NCBI GenBank assembly: GCA_038844785.1
Contig: JAWBRA010000003.1
Span: 1-64,000 of the forward strand
Direction: 5' to 3'
Origin: Candidatus Caldarchaeum sp.
GTDB lineage: Archaea > Thermoproteota > Nitrososphaeria_A > Caldarchaeales > Caldarchaeaceae
DNA length: 64,000 nucleotides
In this document: positions 38,248 through 48,192 of the stretch, in pieces
How positions within the stretch are numbered: position 1 is the first letter of the stretch
Layout: each line of letters begins with the position of its first letter
Translations under genes and position numbers: made by a program
The notes under the pieces: generated by a model
The model's input: only the letters and a program-made list of their open reading frames with translations
What the model was told of the DNA's origin: nothing
The model's database searches: none

Positions 38248-38682
38248 TCACACGATTATGCTCGCCGCATTCGCTATTCTGGGCCAGCGTTCTGCCGCCT
38301 CCTTCGCAACAGGTCCCTTTATCTCTGTGCCTTTCAAGTCGCCTTCGGGGGTTATCATCACAGCGGCCGTGTCCTCGAAGCTTATCCATGTTCCGTCGCT
38401 TCGGCGGTAAGGCTTCCTCTGCCTAATCAGAACGGCGTGCATGGGTTTCTTCCTCAGGTCTATAGGGCCTTTCTTAACCGTGACGCTTAGCATGTCTCCT
38501 ACGCATGCTGCTGGCACGCGTCTTAACCTGGTTGATATGCCGTGTATTTGGATGATTTTGAGAACTTGGGCTCCTGAGTTGTCGGCACAGTTGACGAGAG
38601 AACCTAGAACAACCGTTCTGGGGATGTTGGGTTTTCGCTCCAGAATACCAACTGCTGCAACAGCTCTAGACCGCTTCGCCAT
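38248..38682 (-). CDS. rpl14: 50S ribosomal protein uL14
   Basis: CADNSGA and GPVAKEAAERWPRIA motifs. Confidence 0.96.
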   Translation of the reverse strand: MAKRSRAVAAVGILERKPNIPRTVVLGSLVNCADNSGAQVLKIIQIHGISTRLRRVPAACVGDMLSVTVKKGPIDLRKKPMHAVLIRQRKPYRRSDGTWISFEDTAAVMITPEGDLKGTEIKGPVAKEAAERWPRIANAASIIV

Positions 38683-38684
38683 AC

Positions 38685-39014
38685 CTACACCACCTTCTCC
38701 AACACAACAAAGCTAACAGTCTTGCTTAAAGGCCTGCATTCACCTATGCGGACTTTGTCGCCAACTTCAACATCAAGACATGGAGGAAGATGGGCGGAGA
38801 TCCGTGACCTTCTCCTTTCGTAGCGTTTAAACTTCCTGATGTAAATTTGGTACTTCTTCTCGACGACAACGGTCTTGCTCATCTTCTTTTTTATTATGGT
38901 GCCGGTTATCAATATCCCTCTTACAGGTAGCCCTCCGTGGAAGGGGCAGTCCCTGTCCTCACATGTCCGCGAGGGTGGTCTGACGGGAATACCGATGTTT
39001 CTTACCGAGCTCAT
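38685..39014 (-). CDS. rps17: 30S ribosomal protein uS17
   Basis: CPFHG and ECRPLSKT motifs. Confidence 0.96.
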   Translation of the reverse strand: MSSVRNIGIPVRPPSRTCEDRDCPFHGGLPVRGILITGTIIKKKMSKTVVVEKKYQIYIRKFKRYERRRSRISAHLPPCLDVEVGDKVRIGECRPLSKTVSFVVLEKVV

Positions 39015-39015
39015 T

Positions 39016-39270
39016 TTATTTCACCCTTGTCAGTCTTTCGAAAGGTCTACCTACGAGTTTGGAGCCTTCGATTTTAACCTCATTACCGTCTTCCAAGACT
39101 ATGTTTAAAAGGCTCCCAGCCTTGGGGATGGTTTTTTCGTTTTTGCTGGTTTTTATGGTTAACGTGTTGCGGGTTTCCCTCACGATTGTCCCTGCAAAAG
39201 ACTGTCCGTTGTAGTATGCTCTTGCCGTCAAACCCAGCAGTAAGATGTTTGCAGGGTGTTTATTTGACAT
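39016..39270 (-). CDS. rnp1: RNase P protein component Rpp29
   Basis: GTIVRETRNT, IPK and LVGRPFER motifs; canonical position. Confidence 0.9.
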   Translation of the reverse strand: MSNKHPANILLLGLTARAYYNGQSFAGTIVRETRNTLTIKTSKNEKTIPKAGSLLNIVLEDGNEVKIEGSKLVGRPFERLTRVK

Positions 39271-39469
39271 TTTTAGCCATCTCTCTTTCCCGAAGGATCG
39301 TGTATGCTCTGGCTATGCTTCTTCTTAAAAGCTTCACCCTGGCGGGGTTTTGTACACCGCCACCTGTACCTATTTCGGTCCTTACCTTACGCAGCTCCGA
39401 TTTGAGTTCCTCGATTTTTTCCCTGAGTTCTTCGTCAGCTAGCTCCCTAAGCTCCTTGAGCTCCCTCAA
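39260..39469 (-). CDS. rpl29: 50S ribosomal protein uL29
   Basis: NPARVKLLRRSIARAYT motif. Confidence 0.93.
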   Translation of the reverse strand: MRELKELRELADEELREKIEELKSELRKVRTEIGTGGGVQNPARVKLLRRSIARAYTILREREMAKNVK

Positions 39470-40061
39470 CGGTTTTCACCCTGATCTCTTCCGGAAGAGG
39501 TGCGTCGGGTGGGTATATCAAGACCCTGACCCCGAAAACACCTGTCTTGAGCTTGACGGAAGCTTTTCCCTCGATGACGTAATCCATCGCAAGCTCGCCC
39601 GACTTCGGCATAAAGCCATCTGTGAATTTCTCTGTCCTAGCCCTGGCGGATGTGAGCTTTCCGCTTATGTGCACCTCGACTCCTTTCGCACCAGCTTCCA
39701 TTATCCTCCTAACCGCCCAGAAGCCAACCCTCCTGTACCTGACACCCCTCTCCAAATCCTGCGCTATCCTCTCAGCCATAACGTAGGGGTTGAGTTCAGG
39801 AACCTCCACTTCAACGACTGTGACAACCGGGTTCTCCACTTGGAACTTTTTCTCCAAAGTCTCGGTTATCTCTTTTATGACCTTCCCTTTAGGACCTATC
39901 ACACGGCTTGGCCGCATGGCGTAGATTGTCACACGCGTGCCAATGGGAGTTAAACTAATGCTCACTCCGCCGAAAAGCGCAGACCTCAGCTTCTCCCGAA
40001 GATACTCTTCGATGTCGGCTTTCTTTATACGTGTTTGTAGAATCTGTTTGATTATAGTCAT
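39447..40061 (-). CDS. rps3: 30S ribosomal protein uS3
   Basis: KH motif VIGPKG, GAKGVEV.ISGK and GVFGVRV. Confidence 0.95.
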   Translation of the reverse strand: MTIIKQILQTRIKKADIEEYLREKLRSALFGGVSISLTPIGTRVTIYAMRPSRVIGPKGKVIKEITETLEKKFQVENPVVTVVEVEVPELNPYVMAERIAQDLERGVRYRRVGFWAVRRIMEAGAKGVEVHISGKLTSARARTEKFTDGFMPKSGELAMDYVIEGKASVKLKTGVFGVRVLIYPPDAPLPEEIRVKTVEGAQGA

Positions 40062-40516
40062 TTCTCAGCCACCGCCGCTAGCTCGATGTGGACGTATGTT
40101 TTGTTGTAAGGGCTGGAGCGTCCGAAAGCTCTTTCGATAAATTTTCTCACAACACGGCCTTTATGAGAGGCCGCGTGAACTATCCTGGTTTTCTCCGGGT
40201 CGAGGCCTTTAAACTCAGCGTTTGCCTCGAGGCTTTCCAACAGCCTCAGCATGTGCTTAGATACTTTCACAGGATATCCTCCAGGGCCTTTCGTCTCAGC
40301 ATGGTGAGCCCTCTTCTTAACGTGTCGGCTATACCTTATCATACGCTTGCCTTCCACAACGCTTTCTAGAAGTTTTCTTGCATCGGGTATCGTGAGGCCT
40401 TTTATCGCTTTACAAACTTCTCTAGCCCATTTGGGCGATACGTCGACCTCCCGCAGGCTAGCTCTTACTTCATTTTCCTTCTCGCCTATAGCCGTCGAGT
40501 ATCCCCATTTTGGCAT
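40058..40516 (-). CDS. rpl22: 50S ribosomal protein uL22
   Basis: GYPVK, ANAEFKGLD and RAFGRSSP motifs. Confidence 0.95.
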   Translation of the reverse strand: MPKWGYSTAIGEKENEVRASLREVDVSPKWAREVCKAIKGLTIPDARKLLESVVEGKRMIRYSRHVKKRAHHAETKGPGGYPVKVSKHMLRLLESLEANAEFKGLDPEKTRIVHAASHKGRVVRKFIERAFGRSSPYNKTYVHIELAAVAEK

Positions 40517-40611
40517 GTTATCGTCTAAGCCTAACCACTAACAGCGTCACGTTATAAACATATCTAGCAGGCCCAGCAAGGCTTAAACAATCCAGCATAA
40601 TAGATACTGAC

Positions 40612-41589
40612 GTGGAGTTAAAGAGGTCTGTCCAGTTCACAGGCGGGAGCTCCTACACGGTAACGCTGCCCAAAAACTGGGTTAAACGTATGGGGATAAA
40701 AAAAGGCTCCCTAGTCTCCATCAAGCCGACTGAAGACGGCGGCATTTTACTCTACCCTGAAAAGATAGAGCTCAAACAAGAGTCTGAGGTGGAGATAGTT
40801 TTAGGCCCTCACGTGGGCCAGATGATTGTTGGGGCATACCTTTACGGCTATAATCTGATAAAAATCAAGTCGCCGACGCCGATGACGGATGAAGAGCTAG
40901 CTGAGGTCAAAAAAGTTGTGAGAGGGTTGGCTGGAGCAGAGATAGTTGACGAAACACCGGCAAAAATAGAGGTTCAGGTAGTGCTCGACAAGGAGCTTGT
41001 GGCTCCGGAGAAGATGCTGAGACGGCAGCATACCCTTGTTTTAGGCATGCTTGAGAACGCGGTTGATGCTTTGGTGAAGAAAAACCTCTCCCTCGCCAAG
41101 CTTGCTGCACAAAGCGACGAAGAGGTAGACCGTCTCTACTTCACGCTCGTCAGAGTCATCAGGTCGGCGGTAATAGACCCGGTGCTCGCGAAAAAACTCA
41201 ACACCTCGCCCCTGACCTTGCTGGACCTGAGGGTGGCAGCTAAGTTCATAGAAGACGCGGGCGACCAAGCGTCGGAAATAGCTAAAGTAGCGGTGAAAGC
41301 CAACAAGGAGTTCAACGACGATGTGTTGAAGGAATTGAAGACGCTCGCGGGCTTAATTCTATCGATGGAGGCGGGGCCTTTAGACGCTTTGTTCAGCCGA
41401 GACATAGAAAAGATAGCCAGAATCACAGGCATAAGGTCAGAGTTTCTCAAACGCGGCGACTTGTTCCTCAGAAAAACACCATACACTCCCAACACTTTCG
41501 CCACCTTCAAAATATACTCACATTTGGCGAAAATATGCGAGGATTTCTCCGACATAGCCGAGCTTGGGCTGCCGCTGAAAACAGCATGA
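40612..41589 (+). CDS. PhoU-family phosphate uptake regulator with N-terminal AbrB-like domain
   Basis: RSVQFTGGSSYTVTLPKNW, GAYLYGY and DEEVDRLY motifs. Confidence 0.88.
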   Translation: MELKRSVQFTGGSSYTVTLPKNWVKRMGIKKGSLVSIKPTEDGGILLYPEKIELKQESEVEIVLGPHVGQMIVGAYLYGYNLIKIKSPTPMTDEELAEVKKVVRGLAGAEIVDETPAKIEVQVVLDKELVAPEKMLRRQHTLVLGMLENAVDALVKKNLSLAKLAAQSDEEVDRLYFTLVRVIRSAVIDPVLAKKLNTSPLTLLDLRVAAKFIEDAGDQASEIAKVAVKANKEFNDDVLKELKTLAGLILSMEAGPLDALFSRDIEKIARITGIRSEFLKRGDLFLRKTPYTPNTFATFKIYSHLAKICEDFSDIAELGLPLKTA

Positions 41590-41621
41590 TGTTTAAAGCT
41601 TGCTGAATACAGTTTTCAGGT

Positions 41622-42626
41622 ATGAGCGAAAAACCCTTTGACGTCTACGACATCACAATTATCGGAGCTGGGCCGATAGGCTTGTTCGCCGCCTTCTACG
41701 CAGCGGGCATGAGGGGGATGAAAACGAAGGTGATTGAAGCCCTAGACGTTTATGGGGGGCAGCTGACGATGCTTTATCCCGACAAATTCATCTACGATGT
41801 GGCGGGGTTTCCAAAAATAATGGCCAGAGATCTAGCCAAACAGCTCTACGAACAGGCTACGGCCTACAAGCCTTTGATATTGTTTTCCGAAAAAGTCTTA
41901 AACCTCACAAGGCTTGACGGTGGGATTATTGAGCTGACAACGGATAAAGGTGTTCATTTTTCCAAAACAGTTTTGATAGCGGCTGGACACGGTGCGTTCA
42001 CCCCGCGAAAGCTCGGCAACCCCTCTGTTGAAAGGTTTGAAAACAAGGGGGTTTACTACACGGTCCGCGATAAATGGGAGTTCAGGGGCAAGAGAGTTGT
42101 AATAGTCGGGGGAGGAGACTCGGCTGTTGACTGGGCTCTAAACCTCAAAGACATAGCTGAAGAAACTTACTTGGTTCACAGAAGGACGGAGTTCAGAGCC
42201 CATGAAGGAAGCGTCATAGAGTTGTTCCACTCACCTGTAAAGGTCCTCGTGCCCTACGAGGTAAAGGAAGCATATGGCTCCGACACCCTCGAAGCGGTAA
42301 AGGTCTTCAACAACAAGACCGGCGAAGAAATGATTATACAGTGTGACGCGCTGCTCCTGCAGCTAGGTCACATAGTAGATGTCTCTCTTTTCAAAAAATG
42401 GGGGCTTGAGATGGAGGGAAACGCGATAAAAATCAACGCAAGGTGTGAAACCAACATACCAGGCGTTTACGCCGCGGGAGACATTGCATACCAGCCCGAT
42501 TCTGTTAAGCTAGCCTTGCTTGTGATTGGTTTCGCGCAGGCAGCCATAGCTGTAAACGTCGCCAAAAACTACATCGACCCGAAGTCGAGCTACTTCCCAG
42601 GCCACAGCTCAGAAAGGAGGATGTGA
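41622..42626 (+). CDS. TrxB-type ferredoxin--NADP+ reductase
   Basis: GAGPIG, GGQL..LYPDKFIYDVAG, GGGDSAVDWA and HRR motifs; no CxxC; C-terminal PGHSS. Confidence 0.88.
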   Translation: MSEKPFDVYDITIIGAGPIGLFAAFYAAGMRGMKTKVIEALDVYGGQLTMLYPDKFIYDVAGFPKIMARDLAKQLYEQATAYKPLILFSEKVLNLTRLDGGIIELTTDKGVHFSKTVLIAAGHGAFTPRKLGNPSVERFENKGVYYTVRDKWEFRGKRVVIVGGGDSAVDWALNLKDIAEETYLVHRRTEFRAHEGSVIELFHSPVKVLVPYEVKEAYGSDTLEAVKVFNNKTGEEMIIQCDALLLQLGHIVDVSLFKKWGLEMEGNAIKINARCETNIPGVYAAGDIAYQPDSVKLALLVIGFAQAAIAVNVAKNYIDPKSSYFPGHSSERRM

Positions 42627-42629
42627 CTG

Positions 42630-43586
42630 GTGAAGGTTCGAGCTTATCTCGTGGGAGCCTTTCCCAGAACAACTTCACTCATAAAATCCTTCAGAGATTT
42701 TGCAAAAGGAAAAATATCCTACGATCAGCTTTCCGCTGAAATAGACCTAACTGTAAGACAGATAGTCAGCCTACAGCTGGAGAACAACCTCACCTACATA
42801 TCTGACGGGATGTTGACGTGGGACGATCTTTTCAGACCCGTCGCTCTTTCCCTGAACGGGGTCATCATAGACGGTTTATCAAGATGGTTTGACAACAACT
42901 TTTTCTTCAAAAAACCGGTCATCGTCGAAGAAATATCCGTAAAGAAAACACTTGACAGTTTTTTCTTCAACAGGATGGCATTACACGGCTTGAGTGCTAA
43001 GGCGGTGCTGCCCGACCCTTTTACGATGGCTAAACTTTCGGAGAACAAAACAAGTCACAGGTTTGAGGAAATTGCTTACCAGCTCGCCGATGCTATATCC
43101 CAGCTTGCATCAGGTCTTGACGGAGCTGTTCAAATACAGCTGACCGCTCCCGCACTTGTATCAGGCAAACTTTCCCGAGACGAGCTGGAGTTGGCGAAAG
43201 AATGCGTAAAAATAGTAAAGCGTAGGGTGGCTGGCGAGCTGCTGCTACACATGCCCCTCGGCTCAGCCTCAGCAGTCTTCCACCAAGTGCTGGACTTTTC
43301 AGCAGACGTCATAGGCATCGACCTTTACAAAACATCCCTAAACCAAATTACGGAGCACACCATCAGTAAAAAGCTGTTTCTAGGTGTTCTCGATGGACGG
43401 AACACCCTGATGGAATCAAACGAGACCGTTTTAGAAACGCTGTCTCAGGTGTTCACGAGAACAGGGTTGAAAGAATTGGACATAGGCCCGTCCTGCGAGC
43501 TTGAATTCCTCCCATACGAGATCGCCGTGGAAAAGGTTAGAAAGCTAGGTGAGCTGAAAAGGCTGGCGGGTGATAAACTCGGTTGA
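42630..43586 (+). CDS. Methionine synthase MetE N-terminal-like (non-catalytic) barrel
   Basis: GAFPR, SDGMLTWDD, RWFDNNFFFKKP and GVLDGRN motifs; lacks the HxC zinc motif. Confidence 0.8.
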   Translation: MKVRAYLVGAFPRTTSLIKSFRDFAKGKISYDQLSAEIDLTVRQIVSLQLENNLTYISDGMLTWDDLFRPVALSLNGVIIDGLSRWFDNNFFFKKPVIVEEISVKKTLDSFFFNRMALHGLSAKAVLPDPFTMAKLSENKTSHRFEEIAYQLADAISQLASGLDGAVQIQLTAPALVSGKLSRDELELAKECVKIVKRRVAGELLLHMPLGSASAVFHQVLDFSADVIGIDLYKTSLNQITEHTISKKLFLGVLDGRNTLMESNETVLETLSQVFTRTGLKELDIGPSCELEFLPYEIAVEKVRKLGELKRLAGDKLG

Positions 43587-44701
43587 CTAAGCTTTTCCCA
43601 GTAATGGAGGTAGGCAGCCTAAACAAAGCACCCTTCCTAACCAAGGACAGTTTGAAGGCGACCCAGCAGGCGGAACGTTGGGGAAGAACCCTCGACGTCG
43701 AAAACTACCAGCAGCTTGTAAAATCTCTCGCTGAAAACAAGCTTACAGAGTCCGAGAAACTTGACTGGGCCTGCATCTACGGCCTGAGGTTTTTCGAAAA
43801 AGCCGGGTTAGACATAATCTATGACGGAGAGCAGCGTCGGATGGAGATGTACGAATATCCTCTGCAGTACGTTGACGGCTTCCAGTTCCGAGGCGTCGTA
43901 AGAGTATGGGACAACGAATACTATAGGAAGGCCGCGGTGGTGGACAGACCTCGTCTCCGCAGAATATACCACCTTGAAGAGCTGCAGTTCAACAAAAAAC
44001 ATGCGAGAAAACCTCTTAAAGTTCCTGTAACAGCGGCCTACACTCTAGCAGACTGGTCCTTTGACGAATACTACGTCAAAAAATCTGTTGGGGATGGTTG
44101 GGTTGAAAAACTCCATAACGCGAAGCAAGAATTTGTGCATGACTTGGTGAAAGAGGTTGTGAGGCCGGTTGTTTCAGCCTTGGCGACGGAGTCAGCTGAC
44201 TACGTGCAGCTTGACGAGCCGGCAGCGGCCGCTAAGCCTTACGAATCCGAGCTGGTCGTTGAAAGCCTAAACGAGACGGTTAAAGGGTTGGCATCTAAAG
44301 TGGCCGTCCACATCTGCTATACCGATTACAAAGCCCTCTTCCCAGCAATCCTCGAGCTTAAAACAGACGTACTGTCGATATCGTGCTCAAACGCCGACTT
44401 AACCGTTTTAGGAACAGATGAAGAGAGGAGACCGGGCTTCAAGGTGCTTAAAATTTTTAGAGACTATTCCGTGCGGTTCAAAATAGCTCCCGGCGTCGTC
44501 GACGTCCACACCGATTTTATCGAGCCTCCCGAGCTTGTCAGGGACAGGCTTCTCCACGCCTCCAATTTAATGAAGGACCCGGATAAAATTGTAGCGTGCA
44601 ACGACTGCGGGCTGAGGACAAGAAAATGGGATGCGGCTTTTCAAAAACAGGTGAACCTTGTAAAGGGTGCTGAGATGGCCCGGGAAGCTTTAGGAGAGTG
44701 A
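43583..44701 (+). CDS. metE: Cobalamin-independent methionine synthase, catalytic barrel
   Basis: DGEQRR, QLDEPA, HICY, GVVDVH and DCGLRTR motifs. Confidence 0.88.
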   Translation: MTKLFPVMEVGSLNKAPFLTKDSLKATQQAERWGRTLDVENYQQLVKSLAENKLTESEKLDWACIYGLRFFEKAGLDIIYDGEQRRMEMYEYPLQYVDGFQFRGVVRVWDNEYYRKAAVVDRPRLRRIYHLEELQFNKKHARKPLKVPVTAAYTLADWSFDEYYVKKSVGDGWVEKLHNAKQEFVHDLVKEVVRPVVSALATESADYVQLDEPAAAAKPYESELVVESLNETVKGLASKVAVHICYTDYKALFPAILELKTDVLSISCSNADLTVLGTDEERRPGFKVLKIFRDYSVRFKIAPGVVDVHTDFIEPPELVRDRLLHASNLMKDPDKIVACNDCGLRTRKWDAAFQKQVNLVKGAEMAREALGE

Positions 44702-44703
44702 GG

Positions 44704-45183
44704 TTAAGATTTTTCCTCCTTTTTAGGCTGGGCTTGGACCGCTTTCCTCGAAACACCAACCGTCATGCCCTTCCTGCCTGTCGTCCTGGTTCTCTGCCCT
44801 CTGACCTTCAAGCCCAGCGAATGGCGTATCCCTTTCCAGCTCTTTGTCCTCATCATAAGCTGGATGTCTTCTTTTACAGCTAGCTCGAGGTCTGCTCCAA
44901 GAAGATGAAGGTTTTTGCCCGTAGCGGGGTCGAACCTCCTGTTCAACATCCATGCAGGAATTCCGAAAGCTTCAGGTTTTCTCGCTACCTGCTCGATTTT
45001 CTCAAGCTGTTTCTCCGTCAAAGACCCTATTCTTAACTCTGTGTCTAAGCCAGCGGCTCTTGCAATGGCATAACCAAGGTTTATGCCTATACCCTTGACC
45101 TTAGCCAAGGCATAAGGGATTTTTAGCGTTCCATCTATGTCCGTGTTCAAAATTCTCACTATGTACTTTAGCTCCTTTGACAT
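44704..45183 (-). CDS. rps13: 30S ribosomal protein uS13
   Basis: IPAWMLNRR and GLKVRGQRTRTTGR motifs. Confidence 0.96.
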   Translation of the reverse strand: MSKELKYIVRILNTDIDGTLKIPYALAKVKGIGINLGYAIARAAGLDTELRIGSLTEKQLEKIEQVARKPEAFGIPAWMLNRRFDPATGKNLHLLGADLELAVKEDIQLMMRTKSWKGIRHSLGLKVRGQRTRTTGRKGMTVGVSRKAVQAQPKKEEKS

Positions 45184-45235
45184 CGGTGGTTGGGTGTAAT
45201 ACGTCTATATAAGCATGCAAAACTAACGTAACGCC

Positions 45236-46003
45236 GTGGGGCTACTAGATGGTAAAAAATGCATAGTGACAGGGGCTACGGGAAGCGTGGGACGGGCGAT
45301 TGTAGAGGAATTTTTGAAAGAGGGGGCGTCGGTGGCAGCCGGAGGAAGACGGGTCTCGCTCCTAAAGAGCCTTGCAGAGACTTGGAGTGCCGGGGCAAAA
45401 AATGCTGTGATTACCGATTTTCTGGACGTCTCCGATGAGGCAAGCGTCTCGGCTTTTGTCAACAAAGCATACCAAGCCTTCGGCGGATTGAATGCCTTGG
45501 TTAACGTCGCAGGATACGCGCTGGAGAAAAGCCTTTGGACCAAAAGCTTGGTGGACCATACATTAGATGATGTAGTGAAGGTGATGAAAGTGGATTTGCT
45601 CGGGTCCTTTCTGATGGTTAAACATGTTCTTCCGTTGATGCGAGATGGCGGTGGAGGCGTTATAGTCAACTTCAGCTCAACGCCAGCCATATCGGGATAT
45701 GATAAAGGCTTTGCCTACACGCTTGCCAAGGCAGCTGTCATCGGGTTGACCAAACATGTTGCACGGGAGTTTGGAAGGTTTGGGATAAGGGCTTACACAC
45801 TGGCTCTCGGCAACATAAAGACAGAAAGAACAGTTTCAGCTTTGACTCCGGAACAATACCGTGCTTTAGCGGAGGAGAGCTCGTTCGGCAGGTGGGGGAG
45901 GGTTGAGGAAGTTGCTTCAGTGACCGCGTTCCTTTGTTCCGACAAAGCATCCTATATAAACGGACAGACTATAATCGTCGATGGCGGAACAGTCATGCTG
46001 TAG
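45236..46003 (+). CDS. Short-chain dehydrogenase/reductase
   Basis: TGATGSVG, YTLAK and GQTIIVDGG motifs. Confidence 0.9.
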   Translation: MGLLDGKKCIVTGATGSVGRAIVEEFLKEGASVAAGGRRVSLLKSLAETWSAGAKNAVITDFLDVSDEASVSAFVNKAYQAFGGLNALVNVAGYALEKSLWTKSLVDHTLDDVVKVMKVDLLGSFLMVKHVLPLMRDGGGGVIVNFSSTPAISGYDKGFAYTLAKAAVIGLTKHVAREFGRFGIRAYTLALGNIKTERTVSALTPEQYRALAEESSFGRWGRVEEVASVTAFLCSDKASYINGQTIIVDGGTVML

Positions 46004-46057
46004 AGAAAATCGGGAAACCTTATTAATCAGGTGAACGTCATACGCGTCGGAGCTGTA

Positions 46058-46378
46058 ATGGCGATTCAAGGCCTCGAATGGATCGTCGTCGCCATAGTGA
46101 TTTTAGTGTTGTTCCTTTGGGGGCCTGAAAAACTTCCCAAAATAGCGAAGTCAATAGGTCAGGCGAAGAGGGAGTTTGAAAAAGCTTCAAGGGGGTTGGA
46201 GGACGAGCTTAACCGAGCTGCCGCTCTCCAGACTTCGGCCGCCACGCCACAGCCTTCAGCACCGTCCGCCGACGACAAGCTGCTGGAGGTGGCGAGGGCT
46301 CTAAACATAACTACCGAAGGCAAAACCAGGGATGAGATAGCTAAAGAAATAATTGAAAAATCTCGGAAAACTGGTTAA
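46058..46378 (+). CDS. tatA: Twin-arginine translocase TatA
   Basis: TM helix, WGPEKLP, amphipathic helix GQAKREF. Confidence 0.9.
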   Translation: MAIQGLEWIVVAIVILVLFLWGPEKLPKIAKSIGQAKREFEKASRGLEDELNRAAALQTSAATPQPSAPSADDKLLEVARALNITTEGKTRDEIAKEIIEKSRKTG

Positions 46379-46408
46379 CGTTATATTTCGTTGGTTTCTT
46401 TGGGATAG

Positions 46409-47284
46409 GTGGCGGGGGCTTTGAGCAAAGATAAGGAAATGCCGTTAATCGAGCATCTGAGGGAGCTCAAAGACAGGGTTAAAGTCGTCATAATCTCCTT
46501 CATCATAGCTCTTATCTTCTGGCTTGCGTTTCCAGCCAACCTCAACCCTACATCGTTCAACCCCGACTTTTACGAGCCAATGGTTTCGCTGGTGTTGAAG
46601 AGGATAGTCGCAGACATAGGCGGCGGCAGGCTGGTCATAATAGGGTGCAGCGTGACGTCTCCCTTCGAGATAATCTTCCTGGCCGCCGCCTTCTTAGCCG
46701 TTGCAACGATAATGCCTGTCATAGGTTATGAAACATACGCCTACATAGACCCCGCCCTTTATCCGCACGAGCGGAAACTTATCTACGGCTTTACAGCGGG
46801 TTTTTTCGCTCTCTTCACCGCCGGAGCGGTTTTTGGATATTTTGTTGCAGCGCCTTTGGTCATGAGGGCTATGGTGTTCTTCTTCGAGCTTGCTGGAATA
46901 AACCCGACTGTCTGCGCCATGGATTTTTACAGCATGATTTTCACTACCGTTTTGTTGATTGGAGTTGTTTTCACCGCCCCCGCCATCGTGGTTCTCCTTG
47001 TTAGGTTCGGGTTGTTGAACACCGAAACCATAACAAAAAACAGGCTTTACATATACGGCATTCTATACATAATAGTGGCTTTCATAACGCCTGACGGCTG
47101 GCTTGTTGGAAACGCGGTCCTTTTTCTTCCGTTGGTGGCGTTGATAGAATCTTCGATCTTTGTCGCCCGAAGAGTTGAGAAGTCAAGGGGCCTTGACACA
47201 GGAGGCTCACACTGCAAGTTCTGCGGAGCTCGAATGGCTGAGGGGCAGGTTTTCTGCGGAAAATGTGGAAGAGCCCAAGAGTAA
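46409..47284 (+). CDS. tatC: Twin-arginine translocase TatC with C-terminal zinc ribbon
   Basis: EMPLIEHLRELK, PALYPHE and AFITPD motifs; tail CKFCG...CGKCG. Confidence 0.92.
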   Translation: MAGALSKDKEMPLIEHLRELKDRVKVVIISFIIALIFWLAFPANLNPTSFNPDFYEPMVSLVLKRIVADIGGGRLVIIGCSVTSPFEIIFLAAAFLAVATIMPVIGYETYAYIDPALYPHERKLIYGFTAGFFALFTAGAVFGYFVAAPLVMRAMVFFFELAGINPTVCAMDFYSMIFTTVLLIGVVFTAPAIVVLLVRFGLLNTETITKNRLYIYGILYIIVAFITPDGWLVGNAVLFLPLVALIESSIFVARRVEKSRGLDTGGSHCKFCGARMAEGQVFCGKCGRAQE

Positions 47285-47288
47285 ACCG

Positions 47289-47597
47289 TTAAACAGCTTT
47301 CCTCAAACCTTTTATCGTCCCAGAGACTTTGACCGTTCTGATGACGGTGTAGACATTTTTTAAGTTTCTTACGAGTGAGATCGCAAGAATCAGTTTCGGA
47401 AGCCACTCTTTGTAACATGATAGAAACAGATTAGAGCCTATGGTTCCTTTTTTAAAGCCCGAGTCCACTAAACCTGTTTTTCCATATAGCTCGTAGAAAC
47501 ATTCTCTCACCGCCTCTGAAACGTCTTCCAAGCTTGCTTCCGACGACGGTTTGACTATGACGTAACGTCGTTTCAGGCGGAGGGTTCTAGCGCTCAA
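47289..47597 (-). CDS. rnp2: RNase P protein component Pop5
   Basis: KRRYV, LYG..G and VSGTIKGL motifs. Confidence 0.88.
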   Translation of the reverse strand: MSARTLRLKRRYVIVKPSSEASLEDVSEAVRECFYELYGKTGLVDSGFKKGTIGSNLFLSCYKEWLPKLILAISLVRNLKNVYTVIRTVKVSGTIKGLRKAV

Positions 47598-48192
47598 GTT
47601 TCTCTCTCACCAGCTTCAGCGGAATTGTTGAAACAGCGTCCAGGTCGGGTGCTTGAACCTCCTTCATAGCGGAAAGCACGTACGCCAGCTGTTTGGGAGG
47701 CATGAGCTCTTCAGCGCCAGCCGCACCGCTGGAAATAACTAACGGTATCTGAAAACGTGCAGCCGTCTTGCATAGTTTCTGGAGGTTTCTCCATTTTCTC
47801 AAGTCTTTAAAAGCTTCAGCCAGCTCGGAGACGGTTATCTCAAGGATGTTGTCGAAAACCTGAAGAACGTGCCTGTCCAGCTCTGCAATCTCGCCGTGGG
47901 CCATCACCGTGCCAACCCTTCTGTCCCTTGCGGCAACCATCAACGCCTCACGGGTCAAAGGCTTCACCCCTATCAACAGCTTCCTGTCAACAGCTCTCAG
48001 ACGCTGCAAAAGCTCAGAACGCGACCTAGCTTCTACAACCGCTTTCCCGTAGACAGACAATCCATGAATGCTTAAAACCGACATGTTTTTCAGGTCAGTC
48101 GTGCAGACATGCTTAAAACCCAACGCCACAAGGGTTTCCGCTGTTCTCGGGTCGATTTTCGTGACATAAAGGTCTACGTACTCTCTACCCAA
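47587..48192 (-). CDS. rnp3: RNase P protein component Rpp30
   Basis: AARDRRV, PLVISSGA and AVSTIP motifs; adjacent to Pop5. Confidence 0.82.
   Translation of the reverse strand: MGREYVDLYVTKIDPRTAETLVALGFKHVCTTDLKNMSVLSIHGLSVYGKAVVEARSRSELLQRLRAVDRKLLIGVKPLTREALMVAARDRRVGTVMAHGEIAELDRHVLQVFDNILEITVSELAEAFKDLRKWRNLQKLCKTAARFQIPLVISSGAAGAEELMPPKQLAYVLSAMKEVQAPDLDAVSTIPLKLVREKLER

Noticed and set aside
41622-42626. Thioredoxin reductase call
   Set aside because: The redox CxxC is absent (VYYTVRD); the motifs match TrxB-type FNR.
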